Positions 10,126 through 19,819 of a DNA stretch of 64,000 bases are shown here, in pieces (the stretch's first letter is position 1; each line of letters starts with the position of its first letter). The DNA lies in assembly GCA_965215015.1 (NCBI GenBank), contig OZ244042.1, positions 5,024,001-5,088,000 of the forward strand. Reading direction: 5' to 3'. The DNA is from Candidatus Poribacteria bacterium. GTDB taxonomy: Bacteria; Poribacteria; WGA-4E; PCPOR2b. The notes beneath the pieces were generated by a model, which was given only the letters and a program-made list of their open reading frames with translations, did not search any database and was not told where the DNA came from. The position numbers and the translations under genes were made by a program.

Positions 10126-10154
10126 AAGATAACACTTCTGCAATTTTCTGTCAA
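10126..10154 (-). promoter_or_regulatory. Sigma70-type promoter for the lipoprotein-exbBDD operon
   Basis: TTGACA-17 bp-TATCTT with a TG extended -10. Confidence 0.5.
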
Positions 10155-10487
10155 GTGTTTTTTCTCAAATTAATTATGATGCACCGGAATAGGTCAAGAG
10201 GGGCCTGCACCCTTGACATTGCAACGAATCTTTGTGATTCTTGGGACGTTTGCACGAGGTATAAATCAAACGCAGTTAGAAGCGGAAGCATTCCCAGATA
10301 TTTGAGCAAAAATGTTGGCCAACTGTGCCTTTTGGTTGTCGCAAACATTAACCGGACAAAAGGCACCGGACAGAAGACATTGAAAGAGGTTGGTAAAAAA
10401 TACAGGCAGGCTAAATATCGGTTGGATAAGCATTGAGGTCAAAACTACATAAATTTTGGTAATCGCAGATTGCAGAAATCAAGATGA

Positions 10488-10720
10488 GTGATGCACTCCC
10501 ACGCCCTGAAAGGGGCTTCTCACCTTTCGGTTGAGAAAACCCACTTCCCACGTAGCACAGGACAACATTTTGCGAGCCGCTCCCTTGACATATGACATAA
10601 ACTTTAACGTGCAGCCTACCATTACTGCCAGCAACAGCGTCGAGGTTATAAGGCTTGTACTAAGCCTAGGTACACGCCAAGACATACGACTACAGGGACA
10701 GTTTAATGTAGACAGTCCCT
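10488..10720 (-). mobile_element. IS200/IS605-like right end / omegaRNA-like remnant without an intact tnpB
   Basis: Minus strand ends GAGAAGCCCCTTTCAGGGCGTGGGAGTGCATCAC (hairpin followed by TCAC), preceded by several stem-loops. Confidence 0.45.
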
Positions 10721-10828
10721 GATACTTTTCAATGGATTTCGTCCATTTTGACAGCAGCCAACTACATTCGGGAACCATCACAAGCCATAGCAAAGACTTG
10801 CTGGAAATTTTAAGAGGCGCACCAAAAA

Positions 10829-11410
10829 TTACGGGAGGTTGTTGGCGGCTCGAATCTGTTCCTCGCTATACGCCTCATCATTCCATTCAGTGATACGCCA
10901 TTCTTGCTGATCGGAATCCTCATTCTTTCTCAACTCAAAGGTAAAAACATTATTCCCTTCTGCGAACCAGCCCGTATAGCCTCCTTCAAGGGAATCGCCA
11001 TCAGCGACAAACCCTTGGATTCGATAGTGATTTCTGACCTCTGCTCGTGTCCGATCTGTATTCAGTTGCACCTCGGGTGGCTCAGATAACTCAATCTCAA
11101 TATCTTGGAACCTTGCAAAAACACGCTTCGCAGAATCTCTTTCGTCCCGGATATCGTCAAATATAACATCATCTGTTTTATCAGCCTTTGTGCCCATATC
11201 CGAAACGTAAAGAAATCCGTCTTCCCAGAACGCACTCATATACCTATCAAGGTCTTCGCTCTGATAGCCTTCGCGCCAGTTTTTCAGAACTTGGTTAATC
11301 AACACAATCTCTTTTTCCTGGGGTTTAGCGACACTACTCACATCCCCGCAACTTGTAAGAAAACTAAAAGCGAGCAATAGCCCGGTGACTTTGGCAAATA
11401 CTTTTAACAT
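10829..11410 (-). CDS. Lipoprotein with NTF2/SnoaL-like fold
   Basis: GGAGG RBS before ATG 11410; lipobox LTSC; W..GYQSEDLDRYMSAF...WRITEW pattern. Confidence 0.7.
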   Translation of the reverse strand: MLKVFAKVTGLLLAFSFLTSCGDVSSVAKPQEKEIVLINQVLKNWREGYQSEDLDRYMSAFWEDGFLYVSDMGTKADKTDDVIFDDIRDERDSAKRVFARFQDIEIELSEPPEVQLNTDRTRAEVRNHYRIQGFVADGDSLEGGYTGWFAEGNNVFTFELRKNEDSDQQEWRITEWNDEAYSEEQIRAANNLP

Positions 11411-11453
11411 GGCTGAACTACCTCCATAAGGCCAAGTTGCATTTATTAGCCTT

Positions 11454-11990
11454 TCAAAAGGATTTGACAATACCTAGTTGAAGTTGTGTTGGAGTTGCCT
11501 TGAGTTGCACGCCTAATCCTTCAAGCTGTTTCATATCATCAATGAGTTGATCGGCTTTCGTCTCTGCATTGTACAAATTTGCACCAACATAGGAATCAAT
11601 CAAGCTGTACGCCCATACGCCCGCTGCTGCGAGCAGAAAAAATTGCCGCAGCTTATAACGTTGATTCGCTCGATTGTATTGAAAAATAGCTTCTGGAGAC
11701 TTATCATCGTTTAAGGCAACCGGAACATACTCATTGTTGTAAACATCTTGAAAAGATTGGTGAGTAATCAATGCACCAATAAGGAGACCACTTGTTCCCA
11801 CAAAGGAGGTGGTACCCAGAAAACGGTTATGGGCATAAAACTGCCCCCAGCCGGGTAGAATTGCAGACCGAACAACAGCACCAATCGGTGAAATAAGACG
11901 TAAGCCTTTGTCCGGCTGCGCGGAACTGATTTCAACCCACCAACATAGAGATAAAACGGGAATCAAAAGTGTTATACGAAACAACTTCAC
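11454..11990 (-). CDS. DUF5683-like membrane protein
   Basis: RSAILPGWGQFY and W.YSLIDSYV motifs; GTG start inferred. Confidence 0.7.
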   Translation of the reverse strand: MKLFRITLLIPVLSLCWWVEISSAQPDKGLRLISPIGAVVRSAILPGWGQFYAHNRFLGTTSFVGTSGLLIGALITHQSFQDVYNNEYVPVALNDDKSPEAIFQYNRANQRYKLRQFFLLAAAGVWAYSLIDSYVGANLYNAETKADQLIDDMKQLEGLGVQLKATPTQLQLGIVKSF

Positions 11991-12031
11991 CAGAGATCGG
12001 GTCAAATTCTTATACCTCTCTCTAAAGGCAT

Positions 12032-12060
12032 ATAATAGCAAAACCTGAAAGTCTTGTCAA
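12032..12060 (-). promoter_or_regulatory. Sigma70 promoter
   Basis: TTGACA-17 bp-TATTAT with TG at the extended -10. Confidence 0.65.
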
Positions 12061-12061
12061 T

Positions 12062-12099
12062 AAAAAAACAGCTAAGGTGACATTCCACCTTAACTGTTT
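12062..12099 (-). terminator. Rho-independent terminator
   Basis: AAACAG(C/T)TAAGGTG-loop-CACCTTAACTGTTT stem with a U-tract on the minus strand. Confidence 0.65.
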
Positions 12100-12120
12100 A
12101 ATTTTCGTTGCAAGTTAATG

Positions 12121-13725
12121 CTATTTTCTTCGACTACGTGTTTGGGTTCTTGTGGTATTACGCCTACGTTCTTTTTTCTCATCATCGTCATCGTTACTGC
12201 TTGAGCTTGCCGACGTAGATCTTTGCAACCGCGAAGTCGCACTAGATGAACGAGTGCTTGATTGCTTAGATCTTCTTCGCGTTTCTGTACTTTGTTTTAC
12301 GCTTGAAGATTTGCTACGTGAGGGTGGTGAATTCAACCGACCTCTCGAAGACTGTGTTCGGTTGTAGAGGCGAACGCGACGTTCTGCATTTGATCGGGTA
12401 GATACTTCGTCATCAGATGAATAGCGTTTGTCCTTTGTAGAGAACCGGAAGTGATCATATTGGTGAGTCCGACGAACTGTGTTGGATCGGGTATCTCTCT
12501 CAGATGTACTTAAACGCTTCCGTTTTAAAATCTGCTGAGTTGCACGGTAAGATCGGGTGGAGAGGTCAGGAGTAGGACGCTGGATACGACGCTGCCTCTC
12601 TATTGCAGCGTTTGATCTATTTCTCGTAGCGGGGAGTTTCCGTTTTTGAGAAAGCGTCGAATGTTGGATGACTCGATCCGCGAGAACCGGTGTCTGACGG
12701 TGTTCCGTAATTAGCGAACGAACACGGGTTTGTACATTGGTTTTATTCGTTTTGGAGGTGGTGACTGATAATCGACTCCGAGAATACTCACGGCGGGTAT
12801 TTTCGTGTGTTGCAGTCCAGCGATTCAGCCGTCGCGTCTTAGGCGATTTATCAACGCGGACATCCACGTGGTAGTGGGAACCACGGTGGTAGTGACGGGG
12901 GTAGCGACGATAGTAATTGTGGAGATAAACGCCGTAAGCGCGACGAACAGCAAGATAGTGATAATCATAGACCGGGTAACTCCATCGAATGTAGTACCCC
13001 AGATCTGTAGAGTAATAAAATGGACCATCGTAAAAATAGAGATAGGTATATCTGTACCAAGGTTGCCAATGGTAATCTCGCGCATAACGGTGTATAACAC
13101 GCACATCAGGCTGTCGTTGATAGGTCACAACATCAACATACTCGACGTCAAGTTGCTCACCATTTTCGGCAACAATGTGCATCTCAAGCATACCGTTATC
13201 AACATGCCCTGCCGTTGCAATTTTTATTGTCTCTGAGCGACGCTTTGCACGCAAAAAGAAGGTATCGCCATAGAGGGTTTCCTCCTCACCGTTATCATTA
13301 TAGCGTCTGCGGGAGTATTCACGTTTGGTATTCCGAATCCAAACACGACCTGCAATCTCCTCGTAATCAAAGGCCGCTCGATGTGGTTCCCCTCGGTAGC
13401 GTACCAGAATCTCAACATACTGAGCTTGTCGAGGAATTTCAAAAAGATAGATTGCACTGGCTATCGCAAATTCGTAGTTTTCCTCTTCATCGGATTCACT
13501 TGCCCAAGCTGTTAGACGGAGCCCGTTTCCAAAACGAGGGCTTGCGGTGACAGTTGCATTACCGCGCTCGATCCAGTCCTCAACATCGCCTGCGTCTCGG
13601 TGTTCACGACTTACTCGATCAGAAAAGTAATCGTATTCATAGTCTGCTAGAACAGCAGGGGGCATAAGCATCAATAAGAGGATTATTAGTATCGGACATA
13701 CGGGAAATGAGATATCGAATTTCAT
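12121..13725 (-). CDS. Secreted hypothetical protein with a Tyr-rich middle and a long Arg/Ser/Thr-rich low-complexity tail
   Basis: GGAGGAG RBS, signal peptide ending AVLA, strongly basic and probably disordered C-terminal ~230 aa. Confidence 0.7.
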   Translation of the reverse strand: MKFDISFPVCPILIILLLMLMPPAVLADYEYDYFSDRVSREHRDAGDVEDWIERGNATVTASPRFGNGLRLTAWASESDEEENYEFAIASAIYLFEIPRQAQYVEILVRYRGEPHRAAFDYEEIAGRVWIRNTKREYSRRRYNDNGEEETLYGDTFFLRAKRRSETIKIATAGHVDNGMLEMHIVAENGEQLDVEYVDVVTYQRQPDVRVIHRYARDYHWQPWYRYTYLYFYDGPFYYSTDLGYYIRWSYPVYDYHYLAVRRAYGVYLHNYYRRYPRHYHRGSHYHVDVRVDKSPKTRRLNRWTATHENTRREYSRSRLSVTTSKTNKTNVQTRVRSLITEHRQTPVLADRVIQHSTLSQKRKLPATRNRSNAAIERQRRIQRPTPDLSTRSYRATQQILKRKRLSTSERDTRSNTVRRTHQYDHFRFSTKDKRYSSDDEVSTRSNAERRVRLYNRTQSSRGRLNSPPSRSKSSSVKQSTETRRRSKQSSTRSSSATSRLQRSTSASSSSNDDDDEKKERRRNTTRTQTRSRRK

Positions 13726-14098
13726 TGCAACTCCTCCCTTTGGGTGCATTCAACAACGCAGATTTTCATAACTCGCTCACATAATGCAAGGAGTTCGCTC
13801 ATGCCTGTTACAACGCATGAGCGAACCTGACGTTATCCACCAATAGAATTCGTAATGTAATGTATAAAGCAATTTAGATGCCATCATTGATTTTACCGCT
13901 GTCTCGTCTACAGCAGCAAAGGGACCTAGTGTCCGTTGAGCCCAAATCGTAGCAATAGAGATACGTAGCTGTGGCAAAAGCGATACCCAATATTGATTGA
14001 CAGATTGATTCATATTAAACGAGCAAGCCGACGTCAACAGAACCTAGTGAGCCAAATGGGTTTCAGTTGGACGATTTCTTAGCATGAACCTACAGATG

Positions 14099-14857
14099 TT
14101 AATCCCTTGCCACGAGTCGAATGCCCCTTCGGGCTGCTAAATCCCGTGCAAGTGGTGTAATAATAGTTGGATTCGTGTAACCAAATTCGCGTACAGCTGG
14201 TGGAAGCTCAGCAATCACCGAAGCAGTGATAATGTTCTGTCTCCCTACTGAGTTCGAGTTAAAATGGTGTGTACTGTCGCTTAGAATTGTCTCAGCAATC
14301 TGATCAGTTGTAACAAATTGAACCCCGAAGCCCGACAGGGTTTTAATGTAATCTTGCCCTAACTTTGAGATTTCAGGTGGGATTTTAGCCCCATCCGGAA
14401 TTTCAAAACCATCAGACGTTGCTATAACCTGGTTTCTGCGAAGCAACGCTTGGAATATAAGATAAGCACACGGCGTGTCTGCCATTCCCAAACTCATCTT
14501 CGCTGCCATCGCACAAGATAGCGTCGGAATAATGATTAAGGAGAAATCTTCGGTGAACGGTCGTAGAGTTGTAATTTCACCGTCTACGAAAACCTGTTCG
14601 TTCCCGCATGTGGATCGAATACGGGAGATGTCCAGAATCCGTGCCGCCATATCTGACAAAATCGCTGTGACAATATAACCTTGCTGGATACACCTGTCAA
14701 GCTGTGCTAGAGGTGGTGCAAGATCGGTTTGAGCTGCATCGAATATCGCCAGAATCCGTTTGTCGGATTGGGAAGATACCAAGGCGATTCCTTGTTGTGT
14801 GAGAACTTTCGCCACTTCTGCTTCAATCCGCCGAATTATTGCTGGACTGAATTCCAC
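14099..14857 (-). CDS. BMC-associated flavoprotein-like protein with N-terminal encapsulation-type helix
   Basis: IIIPTLS...AAKMSLGMADT flavoprotein-like motif; IITPLARDLA..RGIRL tail seen in BMC loci; operon with pduL. Confidence 0.65.
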   Translation of the reverse strand: MEFSPAIIRRIEAEVAKVLTQQGIALVSSQSDKRILAIFDAAQTDLAPPLAQLDRCIQQGYIVTAILSDMAARILDISRIRSTCGNEQVFVDGEITTLRPFTEDFSLIIIPTLSCAMAAKMSLGMADTPCAYLIFQALLRRNQVIATSDGFEIPDGAKIPPEISKLGQDYIKTLSGFGVQFVTTDQIAETILSDSTHHFNSNSVGRQNIITASVIAELPPAVREFGYTNPTIITPLARDLAARRGIRLVARD

Positions 14858-14867
14858 TTAGCTACCC

Positions 14868-15599
14868 CTAATCTCTCAGCAACTCGATGCCTTCTCCTCC
14901 CCGTAAGCCGGCAGCATTCGCGTCATCTGTATCTAGATGCATCTGCGGCACATAGCTCGGTGATATTTTCGGATGAATGTTTTCAAAAGTCAAGGCGCGT
15001 TCGCCGGGGATGCGAACTTTTAATAAATCCCTTCCGTGTATCCCCCAATGTGCTGCGTCTTGGGGAGTCATGTGAATATGCCGCGTCGCACAAATTGCGC
15101 CCTCTTCTAAGTGAATAGATCCCTTGGGACCAATCAATACAATCGACTCTGAACCGGCGAGATCGCCCGAATCGCGAATCGGGGGATTTAATCCCAGTCG
15201 AATCGCATCAGTCTGGGCGAGCTCAACCTGAGAATAATCTCTCACGGGACCGAGAATCCGAAGCCCCTCAATTGCTTGCATACGTCGGCCTACAACGGTC
15301 AATGTTTCTTTTGCTGCAAATGCACCGGGCTGATACAAAGGGGCGTGAACGGTCAATTGATGCCCCTCACCGTACAAAATCTCCAAGTGTTCCTGAGTTA
15401 CGTGTGCATGTCGCGCTGAAACACCAATTGGAATTTTCTGCCGTTGAACGACGGCGTCACAGGCACGCTGCCCCGCCTCGCAGGTTCGCAAGGCACAGCC
15501 GCCACACGGTTCGCCTCCGGTTTCAGGATTCAAAGCAACCTGTTTTAATTGTTCAAGCACTTTATGAGTGACCAGTTCAATGAGTGCTGTGTCATCCAT
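14868..15599 (-). CDS. pduL: Phosphate propanoyltransferase PduL
   Basis: IPIGVSARHAH, YQPGAFA, QVELAQTDA..LG, RHIHM, MHLDTDDANA; N-terminal LIELVTHKVLEQL encapsulation peptide. Confidence 0.93.
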   Translation of the reverse strand: MDDTALIELVTHKVLEQLKQVALNPETGGEPCGGCALRTCEAGQRACDAVVQRQKIPIGVSARHAHVTQEHLEILYGEGHQLTVHAPLYQPGAFAAKETLTVVGRRMQAIEGLRILGPVRDYSQVELAQTDAIRLGLNPPIRDSGDLAGSESIVLIGPKGSIHLEEGAICATRHIHMTPQDAAHWGIHGRDLLKVRIPGERALTFENIHPKISPSYVPQMHLDTDDANAAGLRGGEGIELLRD

Positions 15600-15627
15600 C
15601 CGCTATCTTCTCCAACTTGATGTTCCA

Positions 15628-15960
15628 TCAATTTGCCGCTGCATCGCTGGCGAGATCAATCGTCAATGTGTTATCATCGGTCTGCTCTTGGCTAGGTAAA
15701 ACCGATTCAACCTCTGCATGTGGGCGTGGGATGACGTGGACCGATACAACTTCTCCGACTCGTGCGGCTGCTTCCGCACCGGCATCTGTGGCTGCTTTGA
15801 CAGCACCGACATCGCCACAAACCATGACCGTGACATATCCACCGCCGATCTTTTCATAGCCGATAAGTTGGACATTCGCCGCTTTGACCATCGTATCAGC
15901 CGCTTCGACGCTTCCAACAAACCCTCTCGTTTCAACCAACCCTAAAGCCTCTCCAGCCAT
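15628..15960 (-). CDS. Bacterial microcompartment hexameric shell protein (EutM/PduA type)
   Basis: [39 protein letters not shown]. Confidence 0.95.
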   Translation of the reverse strand: MAGEALGLVETRGFVGSVEAADTMVKAANVQLIGYEKIGGGYVTVMVCGDVGAVKAATDAGAEAAARVGEVVSVHVIPRPHAEVESVLPSQEQTDDNTLTIDLASDAAAN

Positions 15961-16041
15961 AATCGATATTGTAACCTCCTGATTGACAGTTATCGATTGT
16001 GCCTCACCTTAAAAAACAGATAATCTCAAAGCCACTATAGC

Positions 16042-16070
16042 AGTATATCACAATCTGCCGATGGATTCAA
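16042..16070 (-). promoter_or_regulatory. Sigma70 promoter of the BMC satellite operon
   Basis: TTGAAT-17 bp-TATACT with an extended TG. Confidence 0.6.
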
Positions 16071-16212
16071 GCATTTTCAGGACGCATCACTAAGGTCCTA
16101 TTGACATTTCATCGCAACCAGAAAATCAAGGGAGGGAACACAGATACATATTCCTTCGTAGGGGGTGGGGCTCTTAACCCTTTGTTCACATATAGTTGGG
16201 GTTCCCAAGCCG

Positions 16213-16948
16213 GGCGAGTCAATGGGCGAAGTTCTCTCGCCTACGCCCCCTATCTGTATCTATGTTTTCTAGGTCATCCGTTTCAGCCACGATTCAGACA
16301 ATAAGGAGCCCCTTCCTCAGACCTATCTCGGTGTTTAGATATGAACGTGAGGCCTCTAATCCTGTGGATCCTTCAATCCTGAAAATCTTGATTCAGACAA
16401 TATTTATGAACACTGATACCCTTGCGGGTCAACAGGGCAAACAGGACAATCAGACAGGCGAGTCAATGGGCGAAGTTCTCTCGCGTGCGCCCCCTATCTG
16501 TATCTATGTTTTCTAGGTCATCCGTTTCAGCCACGATTCAGACAATAAGGAGCCCCTTCCTCAGACCTATCTCGGCGTTTAGATATGAACGTGAGGCCTC
16601 TAATCCTGTGGATCCTTCAATCCTGAAAATCTTGATTCAGACAATATTTATGAACACTGATACCCTTGCGGGTCAACAGGGCAAACAGGACAATCAGACA
16701 GGCGAGTCAATGGGCGAAGTTCTCTCGCGTGCGCCCCCTATCTGTATCTATGTTTTCTAGGTCATCCGTTTCAGCCACGATTCAGACGATAAGAAGCCCC
16801 CTTCCTCAGACCTATCTCGGCGTTTAGGTTATGAACGTGAGGCCTCTAATCCTGTGGATCCTTCAATCCTGAAAATCTTGATTCAGACAATGTTTATGAA
16901 CACTGATGACCTTGCGGGTCAACAGGGCAAACAGGACAATCAAACAGG
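16213..16948. repeat. Tandem direct repeat, 3 x ~244 bp, near-identical, non-coding
   Basis: Units start GGCGAGTCAATGGGCG at 16213, 16457 and 16701; only a few SNPs and indels. Confidence 0.95.
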
Positions 16949-17257
16949 TGTCTGCATAGAATTTGGGGTGTCGGTGAGTCTCAGTTTGTTTTGACCCAAC
17001 AGAGGTGTTGAAATCTTGAAGTTGTTCAAACAAAAATGTGATATAATGCTCCCGGTCAGGGGAATTCATGTTATAATCCTTAGGAGTTACGCCCTTGAGT
17101 TTGCAGTCGCGCAATTCAACTGATAATTCCAATGGTGTTCCTATATTGAGAATGGGGGATTTTGGAGCCCCAATCCCTACCCGTTGAGGGCTACACACAT
17201 CAGCTCCTATTTATGAGCATCCCTCATTTAACTTACGCAATATAATAGAAAAACCTC

Positions 17258-19465
17258 ATGGCACAACCCGAGTTAAAACGTATCTTGTGGTTCATTATCC
17301 TCCTGGTTTGGGCAGCAGGGTGTATCCCTAATCACCCATATCCGACTTCAGAGCATACGCAGGAAATTTATTATAGCACTTTTTCGGAGGAACCCAAACA
17401 TCTGGATCCAGCAATTTCATATAGTTCAGGTGAGTATCGCTTCATCCAACAAATTTACGAACCTCCGCTCCAGTACCACTACCTTAAGCGTCCATATCAG
17501 CTTATCCCATTGACAGTTGAATCCGTGCCGAAGCCTCGTTATTTTGACCCTGAAGGAAATGCGCTGCCGACTGATATCCATCCTGATCAGGTGGCAAAAG
17601 CGGTGTATGAAATTCGTATTCGTCCCGGAATCCAATATCAACCTCATCCGTGTTTTGCGAGGAACGCAGAGGGAAATTTTCGTTACCATACATTGACAAC
17701 CGACGATGCAAAGGGGATCTACGAGGTGAGCGATTTTCCTAAAACAGGGACGCGAGAACTCATCGCCGAAGACTACGTCTACCAGATTAAGCGGATGGCA
17801 GATCCGAGGGTCGCCTGCCCTCTCCTGAGTCTGTTAGATAATTATATCTTGGGTATGGAAGAGTATGCAAAGGCATTACGAGACGCACTAGCGGCAGAGC
17901 GTAAGAAACGCCGGGCCGCGGCGGGCACTACCTATAACCAAGCTGTTGATGAACGAGAAAATCCTATCTCCCTAGATATAGATGCCTTTCCATTTCCGGG
18001 AGTTAAGATTGTCGATCGCTACATCTATCAAATCACTCTCAAAACCAAATATCCGCAATTCGTGTATTGGCTGGCGATGCCTTTCTTTGCACCGATGCCC
18101 AAGGAGGTCATTGACTTTTATGAGCAGAGTGTGCTGAAAGATCAGAATATTACAATCGATCGATTTCCAATCGGGACAGGTCCCTATCGTATTCAAACTT
18201 TCAAGCCGCATAAGGAGATTATTCTCGTCCGTAACGAGAATTTTCACACTGAGCTGTATCCGGCAGAAGGAGAAATCGGCGATAGAGAAGTGGGATTGCT
18301 CGACGATGCAGGTGTGAAATTGCCGCTGATTCCTAAAGCGGTCTACAAATTGGAAAAGGAATATATTCCCCGCTGGGCTAAATTCCTCCAAGGGTATTAC
18401 GATGCCTCTGGAATCTCCTCAGATACCTTTGATCAGGCCATTACGTTCTCCGATACTGGTGACCCCCGGACGAGCGAACTTTTGCAATCCCGAAATATTG
18501 TACTACAAACAAATGTAGATGTGACCACAATATATCTCGCGTTTAATATGCTCGACGATGTCGTCGGCGGCTACACCGAAGATCGGCGGAAACTTCGTCA
18601 AGCAATTTCAATTGCGCTGGACTATGAGGAATACATCGAAATTTTTCTCAACGGACGCGGTATCCCTTCACACAATCCAATCCCGCCCGGTATCTTTGGA
18701 TATGAGGAGGGCGAAATCGGTATCAATCCGTATGTCTATAAATGGGAGGCCAAACACGGCGCAACCCGCAAATCATTGGAGGACGCGCGTCAACTCCTCG
18801 CCGAGGGGGGATACCCCGGCGGGCAGGATAAAAATGGCAATCCACTTATCCTTTATTTTGATAACTACCGAACTGGACCGCAGGCGACCTCTTTTCTAAA
18901 TTGGGTGCGTAAGCGGTTTGAACTCATTGGTATTACCTTGGAGATTCGAACGACGGACTATAATCGTTTTCGAGACAAAGTGAGAAATGGAAGCTCACAA
19001 ATCCTTATGTGGGGTTGGCATGCGGACTATCCAGATCCAGAAAACTTCCTCTTTCTGCTCTATGGGCCGAATAGCAAGGTCAAATTTGATGGTGAGAACG
19101 TTGCCAATTACAACAATTTAGCATACAATCAGCTGTTCGATCAGATGCAAAACATGGATAATTCCCCTGAACGACTCCAGATTATCCGCCAAATGAAGGC
19201 TATCCTGCAACAGGACGCGCCTTGGGTATTTGCCTATCACCGTGTCAATTTCGACCTTTATCACCAATGGTTGAAAAATGGGAAACCAAATACTACTGGC
19301 TACAATACCCTCAAATACAAACGCATTGACAATACATTACGCGCTCAGCGGCAGAAGGAATGGAATCAGCCGGTCCTTTGGCCCATCTGGGGTATCATCG
19401 GATTTCTGATTGTTGGAACGATTCCAGCGGCGGTGACAATCTGGCGGCGGGAGCGCGGTAGGTAG
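17258..19465 (+). CDS. ABC transporter peptide/nickel substrate-binding protein (family 5)
   Basis: PKHLDPA, PIGTGPY, KLRQAISIA, GWHADYPDPENFL; lipobox AAGC and a C-terminal TM anchor. Confidence 0.93.
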   Translation: MAQPELKRILWFIILLVWAAGCIPNHPYPTSEHTQEIYYSTFSEEPKHLDPAISYSSGEYRFIQQIYEPPLQYHYLKRPYQLIPLTVESVPKPRYFDPEGNALPTDIHPDQVAKAVYEIRIRPGIQYQPHPCFARNAEGNFRYHTLTTDDAKGIYEVSDFPKTGTRELIAEDYVYQIKRMADPRVACPLLSLLDNYILGMEEYAKALRDALAAERKKRRAAAGTTYNQAVDERENPISLDIDAFPFPGVKIVDRYIYQITLKTKYPQFVYWLAMPFFAPMPKEVIDFYEQSVLKDQNITIDRFPIGTGPYRIQTFKPHKEIILVRNENFHTELYPAEGEIGDREVGLLDDAGVKLPLIPKAVYKLEKEYIPRWAKFLQGYYDASGISSDTFDQAITFSDTGDPRTSELLQSRNIVLQTNVDVTTIYLAFNMLDDVVGGYTEDRRKLRQAISIALDYEEYIEIFLNGRGIPSHNPIPPGIFGYEEGEIGINPYVYKWEAKHGATRKSLEDARQLLAEGGYPGGQDKNGNPLILYFDNYRTGPQATSFLNWVRKRFELIGITLEIRTTDYNRFRDKVRNGSSQILMWGWHADYPDPENFLFLLYGPNSKVKFDGENVANYNNLAYNQLFDQMQNMDNSPERLQIIRQMKAILQQDAPWVFAYHRVNFDLYHQWLKNGKPNTTGYNTLKYKRIDNTLRAQRQKEWNQPVLWPIWGIIGFLIVGTIPAAVTIWRRERGR

Positions 19466-19509
19466 GCCTATGAAGAGTTATCGCTTCTCGGCTAATCCGG
19501 TAAAGGGTG

Positions 19510-19767
19510 TAGGGCGTGTTGACGTTTTGCTCCCGTCAATTAGAAATCTATTAAATGTTAACAATTCGTAGGTTGAGGTTGCTAGCCCAATTGATGCGGA
19601 GGCAAAAAGTAGCTCAAGATTCACATCTCGACAGCCACTGTTGATTTTGGAAAATTGACCGACAACAGACTCAAGTTGCTTTGAATCTCGATCTTATCGG
19701 GGCGCATCAGGTCCAAGATTCTCAGAACGGATATGGGTTCAATCCGTCAAATGGCAACAGAACCTAG
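19510..19767. mobile_element. MITE copy A (TIRs TAGGGCGTGTTGAC ... CAACAGAACCTAG)
   Basis: Imperfect terminal inverted repeats; internal blocks shared with the copy at 22647 (CAATTAGAAATCT, AGATTCACATC, TTTTGGAAAATTGACCGACA). Confidence 0.75.
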
Positions 19768-19819
19768 GGTTTAGCTGCAATGTTTGTTCGATAAAGAAGT
19801 GTATGCCCAGAGGGTGCCA

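Noticed and set aside
10151-10436. Short ORFs in the intergenic region
   Set aside because: No RBS or domain signal; they overlap each other on opposite strands.
16213-16948. CRISPR array for the cmr system
   Set aside because: Units are 244 bp and identical throughout, with no unique spacers.
16196-17198. ORFs within the tandem repeat
   Set aside because: The period is not divisible by 3, frames shift between copies, and there is no RBS or recognisable domain.
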